The notes: generated by a model from the sequence alone, not told the origin. Positions 37,940 through 52,132 are shown, counted from the first letter of the stretch. The stretch is DNA of 64,000 nucleotides from Lytechinus pictus (GCF_037042905.1 NC_087250.1:4342001-4406000); one strand, 5' to 3'. Numbers and translations: made by a program.

Positions 37940-40900
37940 GTTAAATCTCCGATAGTGCTGTGCAGCGCTGGACAGCGCTCTCACAGGCTCCCACTTTACT
38001 CTCTAGTTTGTCCTGAAATAGTTGATTAGGCATAGTGATTTTTACACTAGCTGAGAGGATAAAGTCCATAGAATAGAATGATGGCTGTGGGTACTGCCAT
38101 GGATTCTGCATTTTCCAGTATTTATCATCTAATTTTTGCAGTTTTTCTGTATCAAAGTACTTCACATCACCATTGGATTTCTACATGCAATGAATCTGCC
38201 ATTGTGCCATTTCAGACTGGTCATTCAACCAGTCTAATTCACTGGACTCTCTAATCATCATCTGCCTTTTGTTCGACTGGACTTCAGTGATGACCTGGAC
38301 TATTGTGATCCAAACTTTAAGTCCATTCACATGAAGATGTCTCTGAATGTAAGACTGTTGTGTTCAGACATTGCATGGCAACCATTAATGGTAATTCAGT
38401 AGCTACCCTTGTGTAATACATTCTTCACCACCTCTATTGTGTTTGTGCACATGCCTAGCATGGTCATTTCTGAATGTTAAAGATTCCAATCCTAGGCTGT
38501 GCCTGCTTTTTGATATCCAGAGATTCTGGGAGTCTGCCATTAAACTTCTCTGCAACTGGACCTATTGAGTTTCTCTGCCTTTACTTTCAGTTACTGTACA
38601 TATATATTAGTTCAAGAACCCACGATACAACAAAGACTTATTCAGTACACAGCATTGTATCTTCAAAGCCTACGACCTCATGAGGATGAATGCACACTTG
38701 ACAGTGAAGTCTGCTCTCGGATTAGAAGTCTACATTTGCTACGCAAACCATGCAGTGTCCATGGAGTTCAAACAACAGCGCCATCTTCACCTTACTCACG
38801 ATATTGGAAAGAAGGAAAGCGCAGACGATGGAGAAAACGCGGGAAGAGGGGTGGGAAACGCATCAATTGTCTCCAACCAATTCCTGTGCTAGTCTCCAAC
38901 CCAGACTCATCCTGCAGACATGAAGTGCGAGATTTATCTCGTTCATCTCATCATTCCAATCTCGTCTACTTAACTCCAGTGCAGGAGGGGCCTGGATTTG
39001 TTCCCCTTTGTTCCTTCAACACTTCAAAATGATGCAACCTGTCTTAAAGCTGGCCAATGGAATTGTCGATCCATGAACAATAAATCTACAGAGATTTGTG
39101 ACTTGATCATTAGTAACAACTTGGATCTGCTGTTCCTGACCGAATCATGGCTGTGTGGTGATTCCCATGACAACGTCACAATTGCGGACATTACCTCAAC
39201 TCTGCCAGACTTTCGTGTAATACATGAACCTCGCAAATCTAGGGGTGGAGGCATATGCATCATACATCGCTCCTCCTTGGAACTCACCAGGAATTCCTCC
39301 GCGATTTTCTCCTCTTTTGAGCACATGGATGTCCTGGTCCGAATCTCGACTTCGGTCGTTTTCAGATCTTGTGTCATATACAGACCACCCCCATCATCGA
39401 GGAACAAACTGTCATAACACAATTTTGTGACAGAATTTTCATCACTACTAGAATCACTTGTGATTGATCAACATCAACTGATGATTGTAGGGGATTTTAA
39501 CATCCATGTCGATGACGAATCTGACAGAGATGCTAAGATATTCCTGGATATCTTAGATGCAAGTAATCTTCAACAGCACGTTAGGTTGCTACACACCAAG
39601 CTGGGCACATTTTGGATCTGCTCATTTCAAGGAAGTTCGGTCATCCAATATTGAACATGGACATAATTTCTGGACTTCCTTCTGACCATTCAGCTGTGCT
39701 TACCACTCTGAACTTTGTACGTCCTGTGTCAACAAAGAAGCTGATCACTTGTAGGAAACTTCGTGATATTGACATTGTCAAGTTCAGGAATGACCTTAAA
39801 CATGCACTGCTTGAACTCCCTCCAACCAACGATGCTTCTGATATGGCTGTTCAGTATAACAATGTTTTGAAACAACTCCTTGACAAGCATGCACCGAAGC
39901 AATCTAAACTTGTCTCTCTCAGGCCAAAAGTTCCCTGGTATACGGATAAAGTTCGCGATGCGAAAAGAGCCAAACGCCGTGCTGAACGTATATTGAAGAA
40001 GTCTGGTCTTGAAATCAATAGACAAATATACAAGGAGAAGTGTAAATCCTACAACGCTATCTTACATCAATCAAAATCTCAGTACCTGACCGATGATATA
40101 GCGCAGTGTGACACTAAGCAGCTTTTTCTGTTCACGCAGAGGCTTTCTTGTCCAACGGCACAAGTTCTTCCCGATCATGAATCAGATACAGGCTTTGCCA
40201 ACGACTTTGGACTCTTCTTTTACAACAAGATCCAGAATATTATATCGAGTCTTAAAGAGGTCTCCTGTCATTCACCCGATATTGATGGAGAAACAACGTC
40301 CTGTAAACTTTCCATCTTCGAACCTGTTACGGTTTCTGAAGTTCGGAAGGAGATTCACAAAAGCCCTTCAAAATCATGTCTACTAGATCCTATCCCAACG
40401 TATCTTGTAAAGGACTGCATCGAAGAGCTTGCTCCATTCATAACCAGACTTATAAACCACTCTTTGTCTTCTGGAGTAGTACCGGCGGCATTCAAACAAT
40501 CGCATGTCTTTCCTCTCCTGAAAAAAAGCATCACTGGATCGCAATGACTTCAATCATTACCGTCCCATTGCGAACATGCCTTTCATCAGTAAGGTCCTTG
40601 AGAGGATTGTTGCTGCCCGACTGAGGTCATATCTGGACGATAATAGTCTATTTCCTGCAATGCAGTCTGCTTATCGCCAATGCCACTCCACTGAAACAGC
40701 CCTTCTAAAAGTCACTAATGATCTGCTGTTAGCTATATATAAAGGACATGAGGCTGGTCTGATTCTGTTGGACTTTTCTGCAGCATTCGACACGATCGAC
40801 CACACCACAATGATACAGCGTTTCCATTGCAGATACGGGTTTGACGGAATGTCCTGCAGTGGCTTAGTTCTTACCTTGAAGATCGAACGCAGGTTGTAGC

Positions 40901-42071
40901 TATCAACAATGTGCAGTCGAACCCATTTCCCCTTCCATGTGGAGTACCGCAAGGGTCCGTCATGGGACCACTCGACTTCATATTGTACACCGGACCTCTG
41001 ACTGATGTCATCAATGCTCACCAGGACATTCAGCACATCATGTACGCTGATGATACTCAGTTGTATGTCATCTTAAACTCTAGTGAGGTTGCAAGTGGGA
41101 TGTTAAAACTAGAACAGTGTATATCTTCTGTGAAATCCTGGGCTACTAGAAATCATCTGAAGTTCAATGGTGCCAAGACTGAGCTTATCCATGTCACATC
41201 CTCATTCCGCAGGTCATCAGAGCTCCCAAAGTTTGAAGTTGATGGGGTTGTAGTCAAGCCATCGGAATGCTCTAAGGACCTTGGGGTTGTAGTGGACGGT
41301 AGACTCTGCATGAAACAACATATCTAGAAGATCTGCAGAGCTGCTTCATTCGGCATCCATAGAATAGGGAAACTCCCAAAGTACCTTGACAAAAATTCCA
41401 CTGAGAGACTGGTCAATGCATTTGTTACTTCGCAGATTGACTATTGTAATGGTCTGTTGATCAACGTGCCTGCATCTCACTTGTCTAAACTCCAGCACAT
41501 CCAGAACACAGCCGCACGTCTAATCACACGCACTAGAAAGCACGAGCACATTACTCAAGATTATTCTTCTAACCTACAAGGGGTTCAATGGACTCGCATC
41601 ATCGTACATCAAAGAACTCATCAAGCCCAAGACGCAGACCACTTCCATCCGGCTCCGTTCATCATCATCAATTCACTTACAGCTAGCACCAGGTCCACGT
41701 ACTAAGACACGCTACGGTGACCGTGCTTTCTGTGTGTGTGTCCCCAAGCTTTGGAACGATCTCCCAGCAATAATCCGTGATTCTCCTTCTGTAGACACCT
41801 TCAAAATCAGACTCAAAACATATCTATTCAATGGACTGTAGTTCGATTCACTGATTCCATGTCACCCCATCTGTTTTCTTTAATTACTTATTATAATGTT
41901 TTGCATAGTAATTGTAATATAATGTAATTTAATGTAATATTATGCAACGTAATGCAATAAAATTTATTATGCTCTTCATAATCCGTATACATGTATTACG
42001 TTAAGTTATAAATGTTAAGCGCTTAGAAACTACTGTAATAAGCGCTATATAAATGTACATTATTATTATTA
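37940..42071 (+). mobile_element. Near full-length decayed L2-clade LINE (APE + RT)
   Basis: WNCRS, LTESW, IYRPP, GDFNI, SDH, LLDFSAAFDT, GVPQGSVMGP, MYADDTQLY, DYCN, LQHIQNTAARL. The 3' stem-loop AAGCGCTT...AAGCGCT is followed by an (ATT)n tail. The 5' end is approximate. Confidence 0.88.
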
Positions 42072-44415
42072 TTTGATTTTTTGTTTATTTCCTCATTTTC
42101 AACATTTTTACTTGAAAGATTTTTTACAGCAAAAATCACGCTTAACAATATTTATTCCTGTATTTTTCCAAAAATTTACGTGGTGGTGATAGCAAGTTTA
42201 TGACTTTTGCATATCAATATGATAACAAATATACGTGAGGTTAAACATTCTTCATCTAAATTTCGCTGCATCACATGTATGCACCTACACAATCCAGTGG
42301 GAGTGCAATCGCTTGAGTGTAAGCGCCATGGCTGACCGCCCGGCGCCCCGGCCGATCGGTGCGGAGGTAGGGTACGGTTGGCTGGTATTTGTGCATGCTA
42401 ACACAAATTTGTATGAAATTATAGAATGAAAAAAGTAGCTGTGACATATACCTTCGCCCCTTGATAGTTCACAAGTCAAGGCCCGTCAAAACATACATGG
42501 CTCGATACTGGACCAGACAATTTTGGTCTGTTAATTAGGTCTAACTTTACACTAGGATTTACCTGGGCTTGAGCTTGACTGGTGGCCGTATTCGATCTCT
42601 GCCTGATGAGTTGCAAAAACTTTGGGTCGGATTTGTGGATATCACATAATTATTTTATATTTTCAGACTCCGATCTACACTGTAAGGGAAAATGAAGATT
42701 CTAACCTTAAACATTTATCGCTGCAACTGGCAGTTAGTGCCACATCAATGACAGATCAAGTCCATGTCTGGCTAAGTCGAGTAGCTTCGATATATCCTGC
42801 CAGTCATGCTAGCTAAAGCCAGCACTGCCTTTGCGCAGTAAGCGCACCGATGTGTCCCGGGAAGTTTCGGCGCGGCCATGCCAGAAGATGAAGGTATTGG
42901 CTCTGGTGTTGGCTGGTGTTGCTCGGTAGGGGCAGCGAAATTAAGCAGAAAAACGGTAATACGATGTCATCAGACTATGTATTTATTATTGATGTGCAAA
43001 CTACAAGAATCATGATTAGGTTTTGTCTTACTTTTTTTCAAAAAATAAATGAAAATTTATGAAATAATATTTAACATTATTTCGTGGAGTTTTCAGTATC
43101 CATGAAAAATAGTAAAATTAAACAACCAAAAACAAATCAACTCTACAATCTACCAAAAAAGTGCGCTGAGTGAAGGGCGGAGCTTAAGTGGTAAAAAAAC
43201 TGAGCAGGGTGGGCCTTCCTAAAGGCAACACTGCCGTCGTGTGTTGCTGCCCTCTGCGTTCGTTGCCCTTTCCTTGTTTGGCAGGGGTGCGTTGCGCGCA
43301 TTCGCAATAGTACGCGTTATGACCGCGCGATTATTATTTTAATATTTTTAATGTATTTTGCTAAAAAAGTATAACAAAAGGTAATCATGATTTTTGTAGT
43401 TTGCATATCAATAAGAATGCATAGTTTGATCGCCACTATGTGTTAATTGTTTGTGATTCGTATGGCGTTCCATACTTTATGGTTGACTCGGTCACGGTAA
43501 TAAACTACCTTCACCCCTAACCTGAGATCGTCCGGGTTTTCCTCTATTTATGTAATGGCGTGGTGGCACCGTCGGGATCTGAACCTAGACGATTCGACTC
43601 AGTGTTATTCCAGGCACCTAGGGAACTTTATCCAATCCGTGGGACCGGGCGCTCGAATGTAACTTTTTCGTGATAATGTCAGGTTAGCTCTTTTTCTTAG
43701 GTGAATCGTAGTCCCACATACTTCTGAAGATGTATGGATTTGCATCAACGCAGCGATGCGCCATTGCCGTGACCGGGCCCATTTTTGGTGATGCGTCGAA
43801 GAGGCGGCGCGCTCCAGCCCCCCATTTTCCTGCTCTCGTGCAGGGGCAGCAGGAGAGTGATTGCTTCGTACAAGTAGAGGTACGAAGTGGTTGTACCATT
43901 AATATGGTGAGCAAATCAGTTGTTGATCATTGTGTTATTGAATTTGATGTTGTTGATTATGACAGTGTTGATTTTTCCGAGTCTGATGCTGATGAGAACA
44001 TTCTTTCGGCGGGGGGATTCCCCATTCCCAGGTCGAGTGTGATTGGCAGTAGTTCTTTTATGTTGTACAACGCCTACTTGGCTTGTTGTACGCGAGCAAA
44101 TGGGAGGCTGAATGTCAAACATTCGTACCGTTGCACAAAAGACGTACCATCCAAAATGTACCGTCCAAAATGTACCGTTGCACGGCTTTAGGAGGTGACG
44201 TCACAATACGATTCAATTCATTGCGCTCAGTAAAAATGCAGGTGCAATACGCGTATAGCCTGCTGGCTAAATGCGCAATGCTGCCCGAGGTGTTCGCTTG
44301 TACTTGTGGGATTTTGCTTTTCGCTTTCCATATTTTTGCTCCCTTTTCATAGATTACTGCAGGAAAAACTCTTTGTTTTTTCATAAATTCGCTAAACTCC
44401 GAGGCGTTGTACAAC

Positions 44416-44578
44416 ACAAATAGCGAATATTCTTATTCGTGCAATGGTGCGAAATTTCGCATTCGGTGAAAGAAAGAAACACTCTATTCAACTCGGCTAA
44501 CGCCTCGTTGAATAGAGCATCTTTCTTTCACCTCATTCGAAATCTCGCACCATCGCACTCATGCCTATTCGCTATTTG
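44416..44578. repeat. Imperfect long hairpin (palindromic MITE-like), part of an insert at ~44060-44582
   Basis: caaatagcgaata...ctctattcaac [loop] gttgaatagag...tattcgctatttg. Confidence 0.75.
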
Positions 44579-45049
44579 TATACTATCTTACGAGGATTAT
44601 AATCTATGGTTTGATGGTTTAGTGATTGCATTTGTAGGTCTAGGTCTCCGAGGTGACATCCTCGTCGGTGCACCGTTCATGGAGCACAACGATGTGATTG
44701 TTAGGCCTTCCAAAGGTTTAATAACATTCGGTGACTTTGGACTTGAGTTCATTTACCATGATTTCAATGAACACCAGCCTACAGATCTCACACAACCACA
44801 GCATACATACCGTAGCTTAGTACAACACACACATGAGAGAAAGCCGGATAGTCCAACAGTTTGCCTTGATGACAAGACTGAGAAGAAGATTAAATGTGCA
44901 ATTGTTGATACATGTACATCCAATGCATGCCTGGTGAGCGAAGTGTTCTCCCATTGTGACATGACTGTGAGTGAACATGAGTGTGGTGCACCCCTCAGTA
45001 TCAGTAACCATGGTTACTATGATTCTGGATATGAGAGTGAAGGAAACAC

Positions 45050-45620
45050 CTGTCATGAGTGTGAAGGTGACATGATAAGTGATACTGATACTGATAACAT
45101 TTCACCTGAAAATGAAAATGAAGGTGACACGATGGGTGATGATAACATCTCACACAAGAATGAAGATGACACAATGAGTGATGATAACAGCTTACATGAG
45201 TCTGAAGGTGACATGATGAGTGATGATCACACCTTACATGAGAACGAAGATAACATGATGAGTGGTGATAACATCTTACATGAGAGTGAAGGTGATACAA
45301 TGAATGATGATAACATCTTACGCGAGAGTGAAGGTGACACAGTGAATGATGACATCTTACATGAGTTCGGAGGTGACATGGTGAGTGATGATAACATCTT
45401 ACACGAGAATGAAGGTGACACGATGAGTGATTATAACATCTTACCTGAGAGTGAAGGTGTCACAGTGATTGATGACAACATCTTACAGGAGAATGAAGAT
45501 GACATGAGTGATAATCACATCTTACATGAGAATGAAGGTGACATGAGTGAAAGTGACATGATATGTCATAACATCTTACTTGAGAGTGCTGGTGAAATGA
45601 TAAGTCACAACATCTCTCAG
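45050..45620 (+). repeat. ~42-bp coding minisatellite (ENEGDTMSDDNILH)n
   Basis: Repeated gagaatgaaggtgacacgatgagtgatgataacatcttacat, about 12 degenerate units, all frame-preserving. Confidence 0.88.
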
Positions 45621-45830
45621 GAAACCATGAATATAGATGAAAGTGAGGTTGATCCATCAGTTGATCTCAATAACATGTCTAAACATGGGTACAACAATGT
45701 CAAAATCTTACAAGGTATAACTAATGACATCATACCTAACACTGAACACGATCTCTCAGACACGTATCATGAGGTCTATTGCAAACCAAATTGTGTTGCA
45801 AGTACGCTCCATGCCTATGAACTCCCTGAT

Positions 45831-47298
45831 CACTGGCGTAAATCCCGGGGGGATGGGGGGATATATCCCCCCCCCCCACTTTTCGAGGAGGGGGGGATGG
45901 CCTGTACAAACATCCCCCCCCCCACTTTTTACGAAAGAAATGAAAAAAAAATCACAAGAGATAATTGTTTTATTGGTGAAAATTCTTCCCAAAATACTGC
46001 TTAACAAATAAAATAATATTATTGAATCATAAAATGCAAATAAAGAGCCAGTTCACCATTTCCAAACGAAATACTTATGTCCTTATTATAACATTGGAAG
46101 AGAACCCCCCGTTTCTTCAAATTCATCAATGTTGGGGTCTTTGGGAAGGGATTAAGATGGAATGACAATTTTTTTTTAATGTAATCTCTAATAAAACCAT
46201 TAAACCATCATGGGGTAAACAAGATGATGATATTGGAGGGGTATTTGCCATATGGACATACAGTGGCGTAACTACGGGGGACATGGGGGGCACACCCCCC
46301 CCCCCCCCCCCCCATCGGCTGACCAAAAAAAACGGGGAAAGGGGGAAAGGAGAAAAGAGGGAGAAAGGAAGAGAAACGTAGTGGGAAAGAAGAAAATATT
46401 ATTCATTATAATGTTATATTATAATTATGTTAAGTTACATTACATAAGAAACATTTTTATCATAACTTTATGAAACATAATTTGCCCAGGGCCTACGTCT
46501 TCATTGTTCCTGGTGCTCGCATTGTCTGTTTAACGATATATATAATCATGTTGTACTAAAACATCCCGTTTTCAAGTCAATATAAACCAAATATATTTCC
46601 TAGCACTTGAGTTATCATTGTTTTATGTAGTGACATGTGCTTCTTTTTTATGACTCAAAAGTGATTGCCCCATGTTAAGGTCTTCGTATATATGAAACAT
46701 TTCCTGTCCGTGATTACGTTCGCATTAGTGGATTGGTGAGATATGTCTGCTCTTCATGAATTCCTAAAATCAGTCCTTAAAATGTCCCTTCTTCTGATCT
46801 GAATATCAAAAATTTTCAGCTCGCGCTTCGCGCTCGCATCATTTGGTTAATGAAATACGTATGGTCCTAGTTAATTCCTACAAAGAAACCTTAGAATGCC
46901 CCACTTCAGGTCTGAATTATCTAAGTTTTCAGCTCGCGCTTCGCGCTCGCATTGTTAAGCGAGACAGGTACCTATCATGATTACACAAATTTGATTATAA
47001 TGTCCCTTTTTAGGTGTGAATAAAAAAAAATTCAGCTCGCGCTTCGCGCTCGCATTATTTAATCAGTGAGATACATATCCGTTTAATGACATTGTCCTTA
47101 AAATGTCTCTATTAGGTCACTCACTCAGTCATTCAACAATTTTGCTGGTGCCCCCCCCCCCCTCAATGCCGTGACCCACGGTACGCCACTGTGGACATAT
47201 CAATGACAATTCCTTGCATATCTAAAAACATGATTGCAAAAAAATGCCAAAATATTTCAGTCATCCCCCCCACCCATCAACACGGATTTACGCCAGTG
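45831..47298. mobile_element. hAT-type non-autonomous element inside the LTR element
   Basis: TIR CACTGGCGTAAATCC / GGATTTACGCCAGTG. TSD TCCCTGAT at 45823-45830 and 47299-47306. Confidence 0.88.
46261..47191. mobile_element. hAT-type MITE nested in the previous element
   Basis: TIR CAGTGGCGTA / TACGCCACTG. TSD TGGACATA at 46253-46260 and 47192-47199. Confidence 0.85.
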
Positions 47299-50200
47299 TC
47301 CCTGATACAGTTATAGATGTTTACAGCAATCCTTTCGCGGTTGGATTCTTGGCTGTGTATTGTCGGTTTGCTTGCAGGTTCCAAGAGGAACATGTAAATG
47401 TTCCAGGTCCTCCGGTCTTTATTACTGAGCATAGCTCTGTGCCTGTTAGTTCGTCATATGTCGATGGTGTTGAGCACTCTGATGTTATGTATTTCCCTGA
47501 CAATTACTCGCAAGTCAATCTTAGAACAGATCGTTGCACGCCTAAGCGTTCGCATACTACATACGATATCAATAGGACCATAGCCGATTCGAATCGCGAC
47601 AGTCGTACCAAACACGCTCCGGATTCCGATTCGTCTCGCAGTGCTACATCATATCGCAGCTACTATGCTCGTCGCAAACGAGCATTCGAGTCGTACTGTC
47701 GTAACCATGTTGTTGATCGTACACGAACAACATGTCTCTTCGCGGTCAACACACCTGTCGTTGAATCGTATCATGGCAGCTCGAACGGATGTAAACTCTC
47801 TGACAACTCCATAGCCGCTTTGAGTACTTGAAAAGAGTACTCTAGCATTGACTGTTCGTATGGGACATCTCCAGAGATGCATAGCCGACGTGACCCCGTC
47901 ACTACTAGGTCCGTTTCGATGTCCACAGATCGCGACTCGCACGCCTCTCGTGTCGTTGAGCCCGTGTGCTCAGTTCCCGGCATTCTTTACCATGACAACT
48001 ATGCCACGCTTAAGCCGACATATCCTCCTAATGCCAATGTTCCTGCTTCAACTACTGACCCCATTCGTGGTAGCTATCTTGATCCATTTGGTCCATGTTC
48101 GGGAGATACAGATCTTCACTGTACTAGACAGCCTTTAGTTGAGTACAATGGCAAGTCCGATCTTGTGATGGGCGTTCATTCATTGCCTTCTCCGGTGACT
48201 AGCCACATGGTCACTCTTAATGACAGAACCTATGATTGTCATCGGCAGGCCTCTTTCACTGGTCATTCTATGCTAGACCTTGGCCTGTCTTCCTTGCCTG
48301 GTCCTACCTGCTGTGACGCCTACCTTACCTGGAGTCTTACCCCTTGGAACCGTGGACCCCGACCGCCCTCACTAGAAGCCGGATTGGATCCTTTGTCCGA
48401 GAGAACTCTGGCTGCCCTTCCCCATGCAGGTCCAGGTCATCTCGTTCCCAATAGACATTCAGGAATCTTCCATGTTTATCGTTGGCCTCACCTTGTTGAA
48501 GAGCCCCTTCCCCACATTCTACTGGACTTTGACCCCACTTGATTGATGCCTATACTAGGCAGCCAAAAGGACTGATTCTTTGTCATCTGGACTTTGATGA
48601 TTTGGACTTTGTTTTCCACAAGTTATAACCTTGAATTTTTAACTTTTGTTTCCCAGTTATTTTGCTTTTACATGTCTCGCTCATTAATTATCTTATTTCT
48701 AGATTTTTGGTTTCTGTTTGATGATCATTTGTGATATGTGTCTTATTGCTGATGTTTGTTGGTTACATTTAGTGTGTGTTCATGTGGGTTTGCATTACCT
48801 TGGTTGTGAGGTTGGTGCGTTTGTTACTTCTTGGTTGCACTTGCGAATGAAAGGTTGTGTAATTGCTGATGTCTTGTTTTAATGGATGCACTTGTTTGTT
48901 GATTGCGTCTATCTCTTGTATTTTTTATAACGATGATACCATTGTGTTTTTTAATCATGTTTTTTTTACTGAGAATATAATTGATAGGATTGCCTTTTTT
49001 CTCTGCCATTATTACCCAATGCCTTTGTTATACACTTGCATTTATGACATGACTTTGATGATGTTATATGTTGATGGTGTTGACAGTGCCTGTTATCCTT
49101 TTCATATGCAGTATTTTACATGTTTTATAGCAAAGTGCCCTCTTTGCGGAGTGTAGTGATTAATTTCGTTTAGACACAGTATAATTAAATTAATTGCTTT
49201 TCTCCAGTCAGTTCCCTGAAGTCTGCAGTTATTTTCTGCCTGGTCTAATTATGTTTGTTTCCTATCTTACTTTGTGTCCCCTTTTTGGAACGCGTATGTT
49301 TGTTTTGGATTTTTCCTTTATTTTTTAAGTAAATTGATATTTGATCGTATGGAAATTGTTTATCATATGTTTTTAAGTATTGCTACAGGCCTTTTTATAC
49401 ATGTATACATGCTAGCTTGTGTAGAGTGTGCAGATCTCTTCTTTTCGGGAAGAAGGAGAGAAATGGTGACTTAAAGTATATTTTGATTGTTGAGTTGCTC
49501 ATACATGTATTTATCTTTTGTTTGAAATTTAGGCGTATATGCATTTTGTTAAACGAATAACATGCTTGTTGATATTGTTTGTGCACCTTGTTACTTGGCA
49601 TATTAGTTTATGTAGTATGTCTTATTGAAATTTTGAACTGAAAACTGTTTAAGTTGTAATAGTGTAAAAGTTTTAGCCAGGTATAGAGTTTAGGTATGTT
49701 ACCATGTATTGCCTATCAATGTGCATTTTCAGTTGTCAGTTGAAAGATATTTATGTCACAAGAGGCTATTCCATTAGCAGGTGTTTTAATTTACATTTTA
49801 AAGATGATAGTTCAGTTGGTACTTGTTGAAGGAAAAGTAAGATTGAAATGATTGTTGTTAAGTAAAGGCCTGTTTTGTCATTGAGGTGTAGAGCTGTATT
49901 ATGTTTTAATTCGATAGTTAGCTGTCAGTAGAATTTTTTGGATTTGCTTGTATAAATGTATACAATCTTAAATAATCACGGGAAGGAGAAAAAGTGGTCA
50001 CGCCACTATGTGTTAATTGTTTGTGATTCGTATGGCGTTCCATACTTTATGGTTGACTCGGTCACGGTAATAAACTACCTTCACCCCTAACCTGAGATCG
50101 TCCGGGTTTTCCTTAATTTATGTAATGGCGGATGACGTTGTATTTACCGTTCTTCTGCTTAATTTCGGTGCCCCTATCAAAACTACATCAGCAAACACCA

Positions 50201-50444
50201 GAGCCAAGACCGTGATTTTCTATCCTGACAGCGCCAAAACTTTCCCGGTCACATATGGTTATGTGCGCGTATACTGCGCAAACAACAGTGCTGGCCGCAT
50301 ACTTGACGCGAATCAACCAAGCTTGATATGGACTCGAAGGATGTGGACTTGGTCTGTCACTGTTGTGGCATAATTGAGCAAGGATAAATATTCAAGGTTA
50401 GAATCTTAAGTTTTACTTATAGTATAGCTTGGGGCATGAAAATA

Positions 50445-52132
50445 TGAATTGAATTGAATTTATTAGAACGTCACTGGCATTCACCAATATTTTGTTCAAA
50501 ACAAGAAGTACAAAATAATACAAAACAAATATACAATTCAAGGAATATAAGCAGATAAACAAAAACAAAATAGTATTTCGTCAAAAAGAGAAACAACTTG
50601 TGTCTACTTATAAATAGTAAATGCCCATGACATATATAATAGAAGGGGGTGATAAGCATGCAAGCGACATATATACATAAAAACAGATATACATAAACAT
50701 AATTATACATACATACATACACATATACATACACATATACACAATATACATATATACACGCATATACAAATATACACAATCGACATTGGATATATTCGGA
50801 AAGATTTTTTGACGATTATAATATGACGACTGATGTCCAAGAAAAGATAAAGAAAACATAAAGTGAGGGAGGAAAGGGAAATAAATAGGAAATATGTTTG
50901 AGAATGGAGAGAGTGGGAAAGAGAGGAAGAATGAGAAGAATGGCATTACAAGTAAACAAAATGTGTCAAAATATTACGAATATTGCAGGTTGATATCTTT
51001 AGTACTCTTGCTGATGTTTGTGTTTTCAGAAATCACCCCTCATAGCAATTATGTTTTGGATAAAAGAACAAAACAATTTAATAAAAGCTTCGGTTTCCAA
51101 TTTCATGATGTAAATACATTTTTCCTGGCATTCCATTTCAAGAAACCTAATATCGAAGGTGTTTTTTTTTTCAAAAAATCTTTACGCAAATAATTTAATT
51201 CGTTACATTTCATTATAATGTGTAACTCATCCCCGACCAAACTCAAATTTCAATCTTCACAAAATCTCACGTTAGGTGGTATCTCAAATTGACATTGCGT
51301 ATTGAACAAAGATATTTTCTTGCCTAAAAGTTATCAGTTTATTTCCTTTCCTAGTGTCCCTGTCGTTAAATAAATCCAATTCAAATTGTTCGTCAATTCT
51401 TCTTTCCAAGGATGTTTTGCATGTTGTAATAAAATCTTTTTGGGAAATTGGTATATTTACTGGATCAAGTACGGGAGTGTCATTTTTCCGACAAATATCT
51501 AGGATGTTAAAAATATCCTTAATTGTCTTAAGCCAGCAATCGTTTCCGTTATTCAATAGATTTACGTTTTCTACAAAAGCTTTGTAAACCAAATCTCCGT
51601 CCATATTACGTATTCGAATCCAATATTTAAGTATATTTATGGCAATTTGGATGACTTTTGGATATCTACCGATTTCAGCTGTCGCTGCTAAATTACTGCA
51701 TTTGCGGTTTACCCCAAGAATATATTTACAAAATTGAATGTGCACCTTTTCAGATTCGTGTTTAAAATATAGCCCTGTTTTCCCATCCATTAATTGTAGA
51801 TTTTTTTCCATGTCTATAACATTAGTACCCCAAATTTCAGATCCATAAAGTAATATCGGTTGTATCGTTGCATCGAAAAGATGCAACAAGGTTTTAGTGC
51901 TAGGAGTATAGGAACCAAAGGATTTGTACAGTTTGAACAATGCTTTTCTCGCTTTATCAGCTAAATCCCTTGCGGCCACTTTAAGTGATCCATTATTGGC
52001 GAGAGAAATACCAAGATATTTCATTTCCCTAACAGTGCATAGTGTTTCTCCATTAATTTCAAATGAAACCCCTTCGTTCGATCTCCCTGATTTTGAGCAC
52101 ACCATAATCTTAGATACATTTATGTTTAACAT
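50445..52132 (-). mobile_element. 3' fragment of a non-LTR retrotransposon (post-RT region) with an (ATTCA)n tail
   Basis: ORF 51284-52132 contains MKYLGI, PILLYGSEIWG, FCKYILGV and AEIGRYP. The tail lies at 50445-50465. Confidence 0.75.

Larger units (their letters stand above)
44583..47831 (+). pseudogene. LTR-element internal ORF (protease remnant + acidic 14-aa repeats + Ser/Arg-rich tail), split by a hAT insertion
   Basis: Removing 45831-47306 joins ...YELPD to TVIDVYSNPF... in frame. Confidence 0.65.
43431..50130 (+). mobile_element. Non-autonomous Gypsy-derived LTR retrotransposon with 130-bp LTRs (43431-43560, 50001-50130), PBS 43561-43578 and PPT 49980-49994
   Basis: The direct repeats differ at 2 of 130 positions and contain AATAAA. 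PBS TGGTGGCACCGTCGGGAT; PPT GGGAAGGAGAAAAAG; retropepsin C-half FDGLVI...DILVGAPFMEHND. GAT is duplicated at the flanks. Confidence 0.8.

Noticed and set aside
45050..45620. Acidic repeat ORF as a host biomineralisation gene
   Set aside because: It lies between LTRs in frame with a retroviral-type protease remnant and has no signal peptide or exon structure.
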